A stretch of 64,000 bases of DNA, from assembly GCF_009914755.1 (NCBI RefSeq), contig NC_060928.1; one strand, written 5' to 3'. The position numbers were made by a program, and so were the translations under genes. Positions 63,753 to 64,000 of the stretch are shown here, piece by piece; the stretch's first letter is position 1, and every line of letters starts with the position of its first letter. The stretch is from the human T2T-CHM13v2.0 reference genome, Homo sapiens. The notes under the pieces were generated by a model. The model was given only the letters and a program-made list of their open reading frames with translations. It did no database searches and was not told the origin of the DNA.

Positions 63753-63852
63753 GTCATCAGATTTCGGGACGTCCTACACCAAGCTCACCCTCCAGCCTGG
63801 TGTCACCACCGTCATCGACAATTTCTACATCTGCCCGACCAACAAGAGGAAG
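63753..63852 (+). CDS. SORCS2: Internal coding exon (100 nt, probably exon 3) of SORCS2, a VPS10P-domain sorting receptor
   Basis: Branch-point-like GGCTGAC (63724-63730), polypyrimidine tract and acceptor ccccttttcccccag|G, donor AAG|gtaggt. After one phase base it reads SSDFGTSYTKLTLQPGVTTVIDNFYICPTNKRK with no stop. It includes the S-x-D-x-G Asp-box motif typical of VPS10P beta-propellers and matches the human SORCS2 sequence as I recall it. Confidence 0.96.
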
Positions 63853-64000
63853 GTAGGTGCTGGCTGGGGGTGGCCGCCACTCTGGCTCTCGCCTTGTGCC
63901 GCTCACTCTGCAGAGCAAGGAAGCTGCTGCCCTGCCCTGCTGTCTCCTACTTTGGCCCAGGCCGGAGTGTGAGATGTTTCCCTCCCAGCTCTCACTGCCA

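Overview
Primate (almost certainly human) GC-rich genomic DNA, not a prokaryotic or accessory region. The only supportable protein-coding sequence is one 100-nt internal exon at 63753-63852 (+), which translates to (R)SSDFGTSYTKLTLQPGVTTVIDNFYICPTNKRK. I recognise this from memory as part of the VPS10P domain of SORCS2 (probably exon 3). The preceding ~63.7 kb is therefore the 3' part of one very long SORCS2 intron. It contains mammalian interspersed repeats (4 Alus, MLT1/MLT2/MER21/LTR33-type LTRs, L1PA/L1M fragments, L2, MIR, MER5A/MER33/MER45A), many minisatellites and low-complexity tracts, and short AT-rich non-repeat islands rich in homeodomain/FOX/MEIS motifs. The listed ORFs are best explained as chance or repeat-derived. 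I found no convincing new biological system. The most interesting unexplained structures are several minisatellites that each multimerise a different TF motif, a 1.1-kb 39/40-bp VNTR with higher-order structure, two perfect hairpins, a 64-bp duplication 3.1 kb apart, and a ~550-nt AG-free polypyrimidine tract. Repeat subfamily names and boundaries come from eye-matching to remembered consensus sequences and are approximate.
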